This document shows positions 51,270 through 61,339 of a DNA stretch of 64,000 bases, in pieces (within the stretch, counting starts at the first letter, position 1; each line of letters begins with the position of its first letter). The DNA is taken from the IMG/VR virus record IMGVR_UViG_3300011258_000929, one strand, 5' to 3'. The notes under the pieces are model-generated. The model did no database searches. It saw only the letters and a list, made by a program, of their open reading frames with translations, and was not told the DNA's origin. Both the position numbers and the translations under genes were made by a program. The stretch is from an uncultured virus (IMG/VR IMGVR_UViG_3300011258_000929) (taxonomy: Duplodnaviria; Heunggongvirae; Uroviricota; Caudoviricetes).

Positions 51270-51700
51270 GGTCTAGTTCTGTTATTTTAGTAGTAATAAA
51301 TTAGTCATGTTATTAGTTTATTATTATTCTAGTGTTATTGCAATTGGTCTTATATGCTATAACATATACTAGATAAATTGAACATTCCGGTGACATTCCG
51401 GCATGAATCGGAAAGATGATTGAATGTAAATCATTGATTTTATGCTATAATTAAACATATATTATACATATATGTATTATTCCGATATTCCGGTTATTCC
51501 GGTAGGGGTTATTTTGAGATGATATTTTGAGAGGGTGTATCGGGAGTTCAAATCTCCCTCTCACATATTATGTATAGAGGCCGGAAAAACCGGAAAAACC
51601 GGAAATGTCTTTCAGTGGTGCGTTTAGAAGCCGGAATAGTGTCATAATCATGCCGGAATAATGGGTGAGGTGTTTTTTTATTCTTTTTTTAGGAATGGGG
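51270..51700. other. Non-coding strand-switch region, putative replication origin or genome end
   Basis: AT-rich tracts, ATTCCGG repeats (51384-51502) facing CCGGAA repeats (51581-51660). Confidence 0.5.
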
Positions 51701-51808
51701 TGTGTGGGGCTTTTTGACAGGAATGGTAAAAACAGTGTTCTGGTATCAGTGGTGGAGAATTAGTATTTTAGAATATGCGATTTTGGAACAACGGATGGGC
51801 CGGAGGCG

Positions 51809-51818
51809 TTTATAAATA
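51809..51818 (+). promoter_or_regulatory. Archaeal-type TATA box
   Basis: TTTATAAATA about 100 bp upstream of the first plus-strand gene. Confidence 0.55.
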
Positions 51819-51924
51819 GAAGCCCCATGTAGAGGTGTCTTGGGCGGGATTGAGCGAGGGCCAACGACACATAGATTTATTCTATTATTGCTCTCCCGTC
51901 TAAGACAACTTGGAGATGAAAATA

Positions 51925-53364
51925 ATGATACAAGGAACAGAACAACAAGAAGCAATATGGAACGAAATAACTCATGGTAATTCACATGTCATGGTAAATG
52001 CAGGTGCAGGTACAGGTAAGACTTTTACCATTGTAGAAGCGGCAAACCGAATTGAAGGTAAGAAAGCCTTTCTAGCATTTAACAAATCAATCGCAACTGA
52101 ATTAGGCGAAAGACTTCCCGATGATGTATATGCGGCAACCTTTCACTCGATGGGTAACGCATCCATTAGAAAGAATCTAGGATATAAAAAAATGAACAAC
52201 TGGAAGACTGCGAACATCATTGGTGATGTTCTAGGCAAAGATTACTTTGCAATGCCACTAGTCAAACTAGTTGGTTTTATGAAGGGTTCTTTGGTTGATG
52301 CCAATGACCGGAAATCTATTCTAAACATAATTGATTCTAGAAATATTGCATTCGGTAGTGACAAAGAAGAGATAGATGGTATTAATGCTCTACCTCAAAT
52401 TATGAAAATATCTAAGACACATGCTCAAATTGACTTTGACGATATGATTTGGCTACCAATAGTGTTGGATTTACCTATGGTTAAGTACGATGTTATGTTT
52501 GTAGACGAGGCACAGGATTTCAATGAAGCACAGCGACAATTGATTTATCGGTGTGTTGAACCCGATGGTCGTTGCATTATTGTAGGAGATAGAAACCAAG
52601 CAATCTATGGATTTAGAGGTGCTGATAGTTCTAGCATGGATATTTTCGCTGAACTTTTGACAAAGACAAGCCGTGAAATTAAGGAGTTTCCTTTGAGTTT
52701 AACATGGCGTTGCCCAACTTCTGTAGTTGCCGAAGCAAATAGATTTGTTGAAGACTTTCACTGTAAAGACGATGCTATTGAAGGTAAAGTTGTAGTGGAT
52801 TCTTCCTTGAACCCTTCTAAGGGTGACATGGTTCTTTGTAGATACAATGCACCACTAGTCACTGCTTTCTACAAACTAATTGGTGATGGTAAATCAGCAT
52901 ACATCAAGGGTAAAGACTTGACAAAGGGATTGGTTAATTCCGTCAAGAAAATATCCAAGGATATGTCTATGCCGACTCAAGAGTTTGCCGAATTGCTTGA
53001 TGCTGATTTTGAATATCGCTACAAGAAGTTGGTAGACCAAGAGAAGTTTTCTCAAGCAAATAACTTAGAGGACAAGCATGAATGTTTGTGTCTCTTTGTC
53101 TATAGAGCCGAGACTGTCGGCGGTATTATCAAGGAGATTGAAAAGGTTTTCAACTCCGATGGTAAGGGAGACATCATGCTTTCTACTGTTCATAAGGCTA
53201 AGGGTCTTGAAGCAAACAATGTATTCCTTTTGGCTACAGAAAGAATGCCTCATCCTAAAGCAACCAACATGAAGGAAGAGATGAATATTTGCTATGTCGC
53301 AATAACTAGAGCAAAGGTAAACTTGCACTATTGCGGCCCAAGGCCTAGTAACGGAGGTCAGTAA
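51925..53364 (+). CDS. UvrD/Rep-family SF1 helicase
   Basis: AGAGTGKT, VDEAQD, VGDRNQAIYGFRGA, STVHKAKGLE, YVAITRAK. Confidence 0.92.
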   Translation: MIQGTEQQEAIWNEITHGNSHVMVNAGAGTGKTFTIVEAANRIEGKKAFLAFNKSIATELGERLPDDVYAATFHSMGNASIRKNLGYKKMNNWKTANIIGDVLGKDYFAMPLVKLVGFMKGSLVDANDRKSILNIIDSRNIAFGSDKEEIDGINALPQIMKISKTHAQIDFDDMIWLPIVLDLPMVKYDVMFVDEAQDFNEAQRQLIYRCVEPDGRCIIVGDRNQAIYGFRGADSSSMDIFAELLTKTSREIKEFPLSLTWRCPTSVVAEANRFVEDFHCKDDAIEGKVVVDSSLNPSKGDMVLCRYNAPLVTAFYKLIGDGKSAYIKGKDLTKGLVNSVKKISKDMSMPTQEFAELLDADFEYRYKKLVDQEKFSQANNLEDKHECLCLFVYRAETVGGIIKEIEKVFNSDGKGDIMLSTVHKAKGLEANNVFLLATERMPHPKATNMKEEMNICYVAITRAKVNLHYCGPRPSNGGQ

Positions 53365-53365
53365 G

Positions 53366-54639
53366 TTGTCATCTCAACTAGATTTTTCTAAGTGGGGGCA
53401 TATTACCGTACATGAAAATGAGTGTTTGGTGATACAGTTTCATCCTAAAAACAGGGAGTGTTTGTATAAAATGCACAGTGCTTTGTTGAATTGGGGTAAA
53501 GAAAACAATAGGGGGATTGGACTATTATTGAACAGTGCTAAGAACTGGCCTGTTCCTTGTTCAATAGTGTTCCCCGTTGAAAACCTTCAAAAAGAAAAAC
53601 TAGTTGAGGATATTGAATGAGTTTCGATAGGCATAACGACGACCCCGAATACTTGATTAAATTGATTAGAATGTTTGGTTCGTATCTAAACGAACAAAAA
53701 CATAATATCAACAAGACATCGGATTTAGTCAAAGCCTATCAAGACTTTTTCAAGGGACAATTATAATCACATGCGGGTTTGCCGGTAATAAGAAAAAAAA
53801 GGCTTCATCTCCATCAGTTTATCTGTATGGCATGGGGGATTCGTTCTCCTCCTTTTCTTTCCCCGTATTGAGGTGATATTATGATTAATTGGATTAAAAG
53901 TTTCTTTGTAACAGAAGACAAAAATAAAAAACCCAAGTGCTACAAATGTGGGCTTGGTGCATCAGTCATTGTATTGATGGAGTTTCAAACTCTAAGTATG
54001 GAGGAATTTGAAGAAAAAATACTCACTAAGGTATGTAATACATGCTTTGAAGAGATTCATGCGAATTATAATCCTGTATGGATTCCTAAACCAATAAAGG
54101 TGAAAATAAATGATTAAAGAAGATATATTATTAGCAATGAGTGAATTAGAACAAGAATTACTTGAACATGATTGCATCTACGATGTAAAAACTGTAGATG
54201 TTACCGAGTGTATAGTTTGTGATTCTTTTGATAGTAAAAACAACAAACTACTTTCTCTATGGAAAGAGTGCCAACATTTAGACTATACAGATACTTTAGA
54301 TGGTGTAGTTTGTAATGATTGCAATTTAGAAGTAGGTGAAGAATAATGACATGCAAAGTTTGTAACGGAACAGGTGAAAGAATTGTAGAATGCGACAACC
54401 ATGATGTTGTCTACAAAGAAACATGCTATTGTATTCTTTGGGAAGAAAGACTGAAAGAAGAATTGGCAATCAAAATCGCTGATGTTCTTTCTAGTAAAAT
54501 AACCAAGGAAAGACTAGCATTGAGTCTCGCTTCAATCATTGTTGAAAAGCACAGTGATGAAGAAGAATCAGTTCGTGCATTAGAGAATAGCGTGGATGCT
54601 AAGAATGGTGCATACCTAATTAATTGGGCGTTGCTTTGA
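53366..54639 (+). CDS. Cluster of small hypothetical genes, several with CxxC motifs
   Basis: 53366-53620, 53617-53766, 53881-54117, 54110-54346, 54346-54639. Confidence 0.5.
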
Positions 54640-54665
54640 AATAGTTGGATTAGGTGAAAAAAAAT

Positions 54666-54915
54666 ATGCCTAAGAATATTTTAACAATACAACGACTAGA
54701 AAAGTTGTTTGCTGATTCTAATGAACCAATGAACCCACATGAAATACGAGACGCATTCAAACAGCGTTGGCCTAAATCTCTACCTTCGATGACGAGCACT
54801 ATCGAATCTATTATCTAGGCATAAGCAGTTTGAAGAAGTAGGTTTTTCAAAAATAGAAGGGCCAATTGGTGCTGATAAAGTAAAGGTATGGCAACTCAAT
54901 GAGCGTATGGTGTAA
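54666..54915 (+). pseudogene. Winged-helix-like gene broken by a 1-nt frameshift near 54792
   Basis: Removing one base joins ...HEIRDAFKQRWPKSLPSM to RALSNLLSRHKQFEEVG...VWQLNERMV. Confidence 0.5.
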
Positions 54916-54975
54916 TGGATAGCATACTGGCCTTCTAAGCCGGTGATACGGGTTCGACTCCTGTTACGCTCGCCA
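54901..54975 (+). tRNA. tRNA-Arg(UCU)
   Basis: GAGCGTA/TACGCTC acceptor stem, CTTCTAA anticodon loop, GGTTCGACTCC T arm, encoded CCA. Confidence 0.92.
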
Positions 54976-54976
54976 A

Positions 54977-55052
54977 GGACTCTTAGCATAGTGGTTAATG
55001 CTCTTGGCTCATAACCAAGCGACCATCGGTTCAAATCCGATAGAGTCCACCA
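54977..55052 (+). tRNA. tRNA with CAU anticodon (elongator Met or Ile2)
   Basis: GGACTCT/AGAGTCC stem, CTCATAA loop, GGTTCAAATCC T arm, CCA; lacks initiator hallmarks. Confidence 0.88.
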
Positions 55053-55124
55053 ATTCAAACAGTTTAGTAGTATCTGTAATAACTACCGAGAGGGTGTGAA
55101 GCCCAATAAAAACGAGGAATAAAA

Positions 55125-55589
55125 ATGAAATTAAATGAATTAAAAAAGAAACACTTGGAATTAAGTGCATCTAATAAGAACAGTCTAGACTTACTACTCC
55201 CTTATGCAAATAATATTCTTAATAGAATGACTAGTAATGAGATATGGGATTTCATAGAGTCGGCAGTTAAGATGAAAAAAGAAAAGGTAGAGGATAAATT
55301 ACTAAAAGTTATTATAAATGACGACCAACTTACACCTATAGAATATAGATATATAGTGTGGCAGTGTTCTAAATCTTCCGAAGTTCGAGGGAAAAAAATA
55401 AACTATCGCTTTTGTAATAAATGGTTTATGCGAAAAACTCAAGCATTTACTAATGGAAGAAATCCAAAAAATATTCAAATGTCATGTCCCGAATGTAGCA
55501 ATAGGCCGAGGAAAAATAGAGAGAATATCTTATTGTTTAATAATGAGAGACAAGCAATAGAAATGTGCAAGATAAAAAATGAGGAATAA
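55125..55589 (+). CDS. Zn-ribbon protein
   Basis: WQC...FC...CPEC. Confidence 0.5.
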   Translation: MKLNELKKKHLELSASNKNSLDLLLPYANNILNRMTSNEIWDFIESAVKMKKEKVEDKLLKVIINDDQLTPIEYRYIVWQCSKSSEVRGKKINYRFCNKWFMRKTQAFTNGRNPKNIQMSCPECSNRPRKNRENILLFNNERQAIEMCKIKNEE

Positions 55590-55591
55590 AA

Positions 55592-55855
55592 ATGTTAAAA
55601 ACAAAAAACGGAAAATTATATGTGAATGAAAAAGAAGTTATCAAAGGTTGGGAATCAATGTCGGGATGGTATTGGTTCGCTACTGAAATTGAACAAGAAG
55701 ACTATGGAGGACACCCTCTATGGTTCGGATATGTTCAAGGGTTTGAAAACGAATGGGGTTCTTTTTGGCAGGGAGAACTTCAACCGCTAATTGACAGCGG
55801 TAAAATATGGGAAATTAAAGAGATTGATTTGCCACATGCCGGAAGGAGAGATTAA
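55592..55855 (+). CDS. DUF2958-like protein
   Basis: WYWFATE...FGYVQGFENEWGSF...EL. Confidence 0.55.
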   Translation: MLKTKNGKLYVNEKEVIKGWESMSGWYWFATEIEQEDYGGHPLWFGYVQGFENEWGSFWQGELQPLIDSGKIWEIKEIDLPHAGRRD

Positions 55856-55857
55856 AA

Positions 55858-56279
55858 ATGAATGTAGAATTTAGATTGATAGACGAAGAAGAATTGCCAC
55901 CATTGGTAATAAGCATGAATGAGAACGACGAACCGAAGGTAGTGATTAACACTCATCATCGTATTTGGATTAGTTTGCATAGGCGAACTATTGCAGGTGT
56001 AATTGAAGCACTACAAGGTAAAATGGATGAAATACTCGATGGTTTCTTAAGAGAGCAAAGAGCGAATGAAAACATGGACTTGGAGGGTTGGGAATGAATA
56101 TGTGCATGTGTGGTAAGAGAGGAGAAACAGTTACTACCACATGTGATAAGTGTTTACAACCACTATGTCGCAGTTGTGCCACTATAGTGTCACCAAAAAA
56201 ACCAACAGGGAATATTGAAATAAAACATTTTCAGTGTATGCCTAAAAAATACCGAAAGGATAAATCAAAGGAGGAATAA
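55858..56279 (+). CDS. Two small genes, the second a Zn finger
   Basis: 55858-56097; about 56094-56279 with CMCG/CDKC/CRSC. Confidence 0.5.
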
Positions 56280-56281
56280 AA

Positions 56282-57409
56282 ATGCAAATACCAAGAGAAG
56301 CAATTGAATTAACATATGAAAAAAGTGAACGAAAGTTCAAGCGAGGACTAGGCGAAGGCCGATGGGATAGGAAACTAAAACAAGAGATGGTAAGACTCTC
56401 TAGTGCTGATAACTATGAAGACGCTAAACATGAATGGACTGCTACAGGAGAGATTTGGTGGAACATAAGTCAAGGACAAGCACCCGAATGGGTTTCTAAT
56501 TCTACTAATGGCTACGGTAAGTGTCTATGCGGTCATAACATCGTCTATCACTTTGAGATACATAATGAAGTGACTAATGTAACTGAATGTGTTGGTAGCG
56601 ACCACATCAATTCGTATTTGGTTCTTAATGAAATTAAGAATCGAACAGGTCTTGCTGAAAACGAAATCACTGATGAAATGATTGAAGAGTGGATTAATGT
56701 TAAAATTAAATCCATGAAGTGTGAAAAATGGTGGGATGAACAAGGAGATGATTTCATTGATAAGTTTGAGGACATTAGAGAATTAGACTTAAGAATCAAT
56801 GTAAATGAAAAAGGTACTTATTGGGACAACAATCTATCAATGTATAGATTTAGAACTACTATCCGAAAGAGAAGTAGTGGTGGTAACATGGCATCTATTG
56901 TATGGAGATGGAATCATCCCGACAATCCAAAGAATCAGTTTGAGGTTCATGGCTATCCAAACAAGAAACTTGTAGATGACTTGTATGAGTTTCATGAGAT
57001 GTCAGCCCCGCTAATTGAAAAACTCAAAAATGAAGACGCAATGATGGCTAAAAGACTCCAATTAATTCATGAGTCTAAGTCAAAAATGCTAAGAGTGACT
57101 AATGATGATATTGTTGAATCTATGGCTGAATACTATGGTTTTGACAATTTTATGAAATACAGCAGTGGTTATTTGGGTGAATGGGAAACTAAGTTTTTCA
57201 ACAGCATCAAACAACAACTATCCAAGCATAAGGAATTAAGTAACGCACAGATTGAAACAGTGCGAGACTTGATGACTCCCGCTACGGAAAAACAAATTAA
57301 CTATTTACTTTCGCTAGGCTTTGAAGACGAAACTACATTATCAAAGCGTCAAGCGAGTAATGCCATAGAACGGCAAAAACAAGACGGCTTAAATAGTCGC
57401 AGGACATGA
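56282..57409 (+). CDS. Zn-binding hypothetical protein
   Basis: CLCGH...CVGSDH; C-terminal PATEKQ...ASNAI motif. Confidence 0.5.
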   Translation: MQIPREAIELTYEKSERKFKRGLGEGRWDRKLKQEMVRLSSADNYEDAKHEWTATGEIWWNISQGQAPEWVSNSTNGYGKCLCGHNIVYHFEIHNEVTNVTECVGSDHINSYLVLNEIKNRTGLAENEITDEMIEEWINVKIKSMKCEKWWDEQGDDFIDKFEDIRELDLRINVNEKGTYWDNNLSMYRFRTTIRKRSSGGNMASIVWRWNHPDNPKNQFEVHGYPNKKLVDDLYEFHEMSAPLIEKLKNEDAMMAKRLQLIHESKSKMLRVTNDDIVESMAEYYGFDNFMKYSSGYLGEWETKFFNSIKQQLSKHKELSNAQIETVRDLMTPATEKQINYLLSLGFEDETTLSKRQASNAIERQKQDGLNSRRT

Positions 57410-57432
57410 GAAGAAACAGACAAGGTGATAAT

Positions 57433-57639
57433 ATGATTAAACTAACAATTTTGAATGAGACAGGACACACAGAACTTGAAATGGCAATTACAGAAGTCAT
57501 TGAGCAAATAGACAGCCACCCGACCCATTGGGTTTTCGTAGATGGTGCTATTGTAAGCCGAGAAAACATAACTGAAATTAATTGGGAGAGCGTTGAGTCG
57601 GTAGACTTGACTCCCGCTATCGTTGGAGGACACTATTAA
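57433..57639 (+). CDS. Ubiquitin-like (ThiS/MoaD/SAMP beta-grasp) protein ending GG-HY
   Basis: 68 aa, VFVDG...VDLTPAIVGG C-terminal signature; GGTGA SD. Confidence 0.8.
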   Translation: MIKLTILNETGHTELEMAITEVIEQIDSHPTHWVFVDGAIVSRENITEINWESVESVDLTPAIVGGHY

Positions 57640-57678
57640 ACATAATAGTGTCTACCAACTTCTCTCAACAGGTGTATT

Positions 57679-57957
57679 ATGCCCCTCTTTCGTAACTTTG
57701 AAGAGTGTAAGAGAATCGTCTCTCTTATGCTTGAAGACTTTACGGAAGAGGGGCGACTAAATATAGAAAACACCATCCTTTATTGTCAGCAACTAGATAG
57801 TGACGCTGATAAAAAATTCGCACTCACTCGTTCCGTAAAAAAACAACTATGGGACATTCCTAAAGCAGTAGATATGGGCTTTGTAGAATATCTAAAAGAA
57901 AGAGTCAATCATCTAAGAATACTCATTGAATATGAAAAGGTGAACAACGATGAATAA
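57679..57957 (+). CDS. Hypothetical protein
   Basis: AGGTG SD. Confidence 0.5.
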   Translation: MPLFRNFEECKRIVSLMLEDFTEEGRLNIENTILYCQQLDSDADKKFALTRSVKKQLWDIPKAVDMGFVEYLKERVNHLRILIEYEKVNNDE

Positions 57958-58105
57958 TCCCGAATATGTAAATAATACTAGAGGTAAGCCAATAGCAACT
58001 CGATGTAGAGTTTGTGGAGGACAATTAGTTAATACAATAGAATTTAAACTAGAAGCACATGAAGAATGTGTAAATAAATACAAATCAAATAAATATATGA
58101 TGTGA
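57950..58105 (+). CDS. 51-aa Zn-finger peptide (not in ORF track)
   Basis: CRVCGG...HEEC. Confidence 0.55.
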   Translation: MNNPEYVNNTRGKPIATRCRVCGGQLVNTIEFKLEAHEECVNKYKSNKYMM

Positions 58106-58110
58106 AAAAC

Positions 58111-59580
58111 ATGAAAAAAATAATAATAAATAGACAAGGACAAGGAAGAACGATAACTCAATTAGACATTCAAATATATCACCCCGAAACGAACAGATAT
58201 TACATTGGATTTTATAGCCTATGCGCCCTAGAAAAGACTAGTATGCAGTTAAGAGGTTGGTCTAAAGAGATTAAAGCAGGTTATCAAGAAAGAAAATACA
58301 CTGAAATATCAAATTATGATTCTTTAGAGGATTTAGAAATAGAACCTACGGTCTACAAAACACACTCTTCTAAAAGTTCTTATAATTGTAACATGAGTTG
58401 GAATACTATAACAGTTACCGACTATAGTTTGGGTACATCTAATCCTATAGTAACAGCCCTATCAAAAAAACTATCTAAGGAAATCTCATATTATTTTAAC
58501 GGAGAATCAAAATATCAAACAGGAAGTATCTATACTACAGGAGAGGATAGAGTATTTACTAAAGAAACAGAACTAATATATTCTTTTTTAGACAATGATG
58601 TTATTTTGAGTTTCCCGTATGCTATAAACGGTAGAAAAATGGGACTCAAAGAAATCTCTAATAAAATATCAAGGATGATAATTGCTAAAAGCAACATTGA
58701 GAAAAGACATTCCTTTGATGAAAGAAGACTTCAAATGAAAAAACAAATAAAGTCTATTATGAAAACTCCCGAAGACATCATGTATTGTTTAGAGAATCGT
58801 GTCCCTTATCATTTCTTTAGCGATGATATAAGAGGAAGAAATCTAGTAGAAGTTCGGCTAAATCTTAAACAGATTAGTTATGATTCTTACGCTCTTGAAA
58901 TCGGAGATGGCGTATGGGGAGAGATTACCGAAAAAGATTTACTTACTTACCTAGGTCATTATTTGCATGGGTATAAGAGAGGTAGTTGGAAGTTCCTATC
59001 TCCTAAAAAACTATATTCTAAAATTATGGGCAAAGAACAATCTGTATCGGAACAGAAAGTAATGGTGGCATTCTTATTACAGAATAGAACCCAAGACCTT
59101 GTAGAAAAAAGAGCAAAACAACTTATTAATGAAATGGCTGTAAAATACAAGGATAGAATACTAGTGATAAAAGGCGACGACCACATAGAAGACTCATATT
59201 CTAGGAAATTACCAACAAAAATACTAGTCAAGGGAGAAATGACAGACTGGCTTTTGGTTGAAAAACTTCGTTCTTATTCTGGTAGCGACCCCCAAAGAGT
59301 CCACACACATTGTTTGCTTACGGTGAATAATGAAGAAGAAGGCTACTACGCTTATTGGAGTGGGGTAATATGTATCAACACAGGTGGAAAAAACCCTTCA
59401 TTGGGCGACCAATTCGCAACTAGAATTTTGTCTCTAATGAATGATAGAACTGCGTCTGCTAGAGTCAATACTATTGGCAACTACATGGTAGAAGAAAACA
59501 ACTCTAGATTAAGAGTTCCTTTGAAAGAAGAATATACAAATAATGGTGATAAATATGACGAAAAAATGCTTAGAATGTAA
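58111..59580 (+). CDS. Hypothetical protein with C-terminal GVICIN motif
   Basis: Long ORF between the Ubl and TFIIB/E1 genes. Confidence 0.5.
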   Translation: MKKIIINRQGQGRTITQLDIQIYHPETNRYYIGFYSLCALEKTSMQLRGWSKEIKAGYQERKYTEISNYDSLEDLEIEPTVYKTHSSKSSYNCNMSWNTITVTDYSLGTSNPIVTALSKKLSKEISYYFNGESKYQTGSIYTTGEDRVFTKETELIYSFLDNDVILSFPYAINGRKMGLKEISNKISRMIIAKSNIEKRHSFDERRLQMKKQIKSIMKTPEDIMYCLENRVPYHFFSDDIRGRNLVEVRLNLKQISYDSYALEIGDGVWGEITEKDLLTYLGHYLHGYKRGSWKFLSPKKLYSKIMGKEQSVSEQKVMVAFLLQNRTQDLVEKRAKQLINEMAVKYKDRILVIKGDDHIEDSYSRKLPTKILVKGEMTDWLLVEKLRSYSGSDPQRVHTHCLLTVNNEEEGYYAYWSGVICINTGGKNPSLGDQFATRILSLMNDRTASARVNTIGNYMVEENNSRLRVPLKEEYTNNGDKYDEKMLRM

Positions 59581-60382
59581 ATCGAATAGTTTCAGTATAG
59601 ATGAAAGGATGGGAGAATTAGTATGTGACGATTGCGGTTTGGTTCTAATTACCGAACCCTTTGAACAGACTTCCTATTCCTATAATTCTAATGGCGAGAT
59701 GATTAGAGAACCTTGGAGAACCCCCCACACTACAGTAAATATGAGGTCTTGGGGAAAGACAGACAGGGCAATACATACAGGCATTGCAATGTGTAAAATA
59801 TTACTATCGTCGTTGTCGGAGTCTAAAGTATTGCGAGAGAGAATTGATTCTTTGTATAGGACTCTTTACCACAAGCATGTATTCACCACTTCTACATTAG
59901 AGGACAGGTCGGCGGCATTAGTTTATTTTCTTTTGAGAGAACAAAACTTACCATATACTTTGAAGGAAGTATGTAGTGAATATGATTGCGCCGAGAAAAG
60001 AGTTTTCAAACTCTCAAAGAAAATAGCCAAAAGTCAAGGTAAAACTGCAATTTTTCTAATAAACGATAGTAGACCGTTTGCTGAAAAATATGCACATAAA
60101 CTTGGAGATTCACAGTTCGTATCTAAGGTTGGTAGGCTAGCATATCACTATGATGAATTAGTTACTAAAACCGGAGACAATTTGAGGCCGTCATCATCAG
60201 TGGCTTTTTGCTACATAGTATCTATTGCGGAGAACATGTCAATGAGTCAAAAGACCATATCCGAACAAACGGGTATATCTACAAAAACAATTCAAATGGA
60301 AACAAAAAGACTACTAAAAATAAAAAATACAAATAAAAAAGAAATAGAAGGAAAGGGAATAGAATGGATAGAAACATATTAA
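59555..60382 (+). CDS. tfb: Transcription factor IIB (TFB) homologue
   Basis: CLEC...DERMGELVCDDCGLV Zn ribbon plus two cyclin-like repeats. Confidence 0.85.
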   Translation: MTKKCLECKSNSFSIDERMGELVCDDCGLVLITEPFEQTSYSYNSNGEMIREPWRTPHTTVNMRSWGKTDRAIHTGIAMCKILLSSLSESKVLRERIDSLYRTLYHKHVFTTSTLEDRSAALVYFLLREQNLPYTLKEVCSEYDCAEKRVFKLSKKIAKSQGKTAIFLINDSRPFAEKYAHKLGDSQFVSKVGRLAYHYDELVTKTGDNLRPSSSVAFCYIVSIAENMSMSQKTISEQTGISTKTIQMETKRLLKIKNTNKKEIEGKGIEWIETY

Positions 60383-60942
60383 TTATAGGAGCAGGAGGAA
60401 TCGGAAGTCATTTGATAAGGATTCTTGAAAGTGTAACAGGTGACGGAACAAAAGGACAATTGTATAGTATCAATGTTTCCGACCCCGATACAGTAGAAGA
60501 AAAGAATTTGACATATCAAGACTTTACGAAAGAAGACATAGGAAAGACCAAGGTTTCCTGTATGAAGAAGCACAGTCAAATAAATGGTGCAAATCCATAT
60601 CCAATATTGACGGAAACGCAATTGAAAGGATATGATTTAGTAGTTTGTTGTGTTGATAATTTAGATGCTAGAAGGCTGTTGTACCGTTCACAGGTAAAGT
60701 GGCTAGACTTACGCTCTCAAGGGCGTAATGCGGCCTATATTTCATACAAGGCTGACCCATCAATGTATGACACTATGCTAGCAGGGCCGGATGGTTCTTT
60801 TAGTTGTCAAGGTGATTCATGGGATGGTTCTTCTAAAGGACTACATTTCATGCACATTGCTATTGCAGGAATGGCGGCGGAATGGATTCAGCGTTGGTTT
60901 AATGGTGAATCAGTAAATGACTTTGCGGTGGTGAATGTATGA
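60364..60942 (+). CDS. ThiF/E1-like adenylyltransferase
   Basis: IIGAGGIGS, DPDTVEEKNL, GKTKV, CVDNLDARR. Confidence 0.9.
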   Translation: MDRNILIIGAGGIGSHLIRILESVTGDGTKGQLYSINVSDPDTVEEKNLTYQDFTKEDIGKTKVSCMKKHSQINGANPYPILTETQLKGYDLVVCCVDNLDARRLLYRSQVKWLDLRSQGRNAAYISYKADPSMYDTMLAGPDGSFSCQGDSWDGSSKGLHFMHIAIAGMAAEWIQRWFNGESVNDFAVVNV

Positions 60943-61066
60943 AAACAATTGAAATAATTAAAAAGTGGGAGGATGCCTTCGATACTGCGTTTTTAGGAGA
61001 TGCAGATAACTTTGAACATATAGAAATATTGATAGAGGCTTTAGAAAAACTACGGAGTGAAGAAGA

Positions 61067-61339
61067 ATGAAGTGCGATGTTTGTCATGGTAAAATAGATG
61101 AGCATAGTCACAACGGTAAAGTTTACTGGACTGAGGGACATAATGCCGAACCTTTAGTTAGTGGTCGTTGTTGTGACGCTTGTAATAGTTTAGTTATGGG
61201 ATTTAGAATGTTTGGCAACAAGATTCATAGAAGTGAAGACTTCGACTCTCCAAGTGCTAAACTTCAAGTCGAAAGACAAAGAGATGAACTACTCAAGTTT
61301 GCAGTTATGCTAAGGCTATCAAGAGATGAAGAAGAATGA
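61067..61339 (+). CDS. Zn-finger protein
   Basis: CDVC...GHNAEP...GRCCDACN. Confidence 0.55.
   Translation: MKCDVCHGKIDEHSHNGKVYWTEGHNAEPLVSGRCCDACNSLVMGFRMFGNKIHRSEDFDSPSAKLQVERQRDELLKFAVMLRLSRDEEE

Noticed and set aside
48700..51760. CAGTGGTG occurring four times in non-coding DNA
   Set aside because: Too short and irregular to support without statistics
60364..60942. Thiamine or molybdopterin biosynthesis role for ThiF
   Set aside because: No thiG, moaE or sulfur-transfer genes in the window; JAB and extended Ubl fit conjugation better, though not excluded
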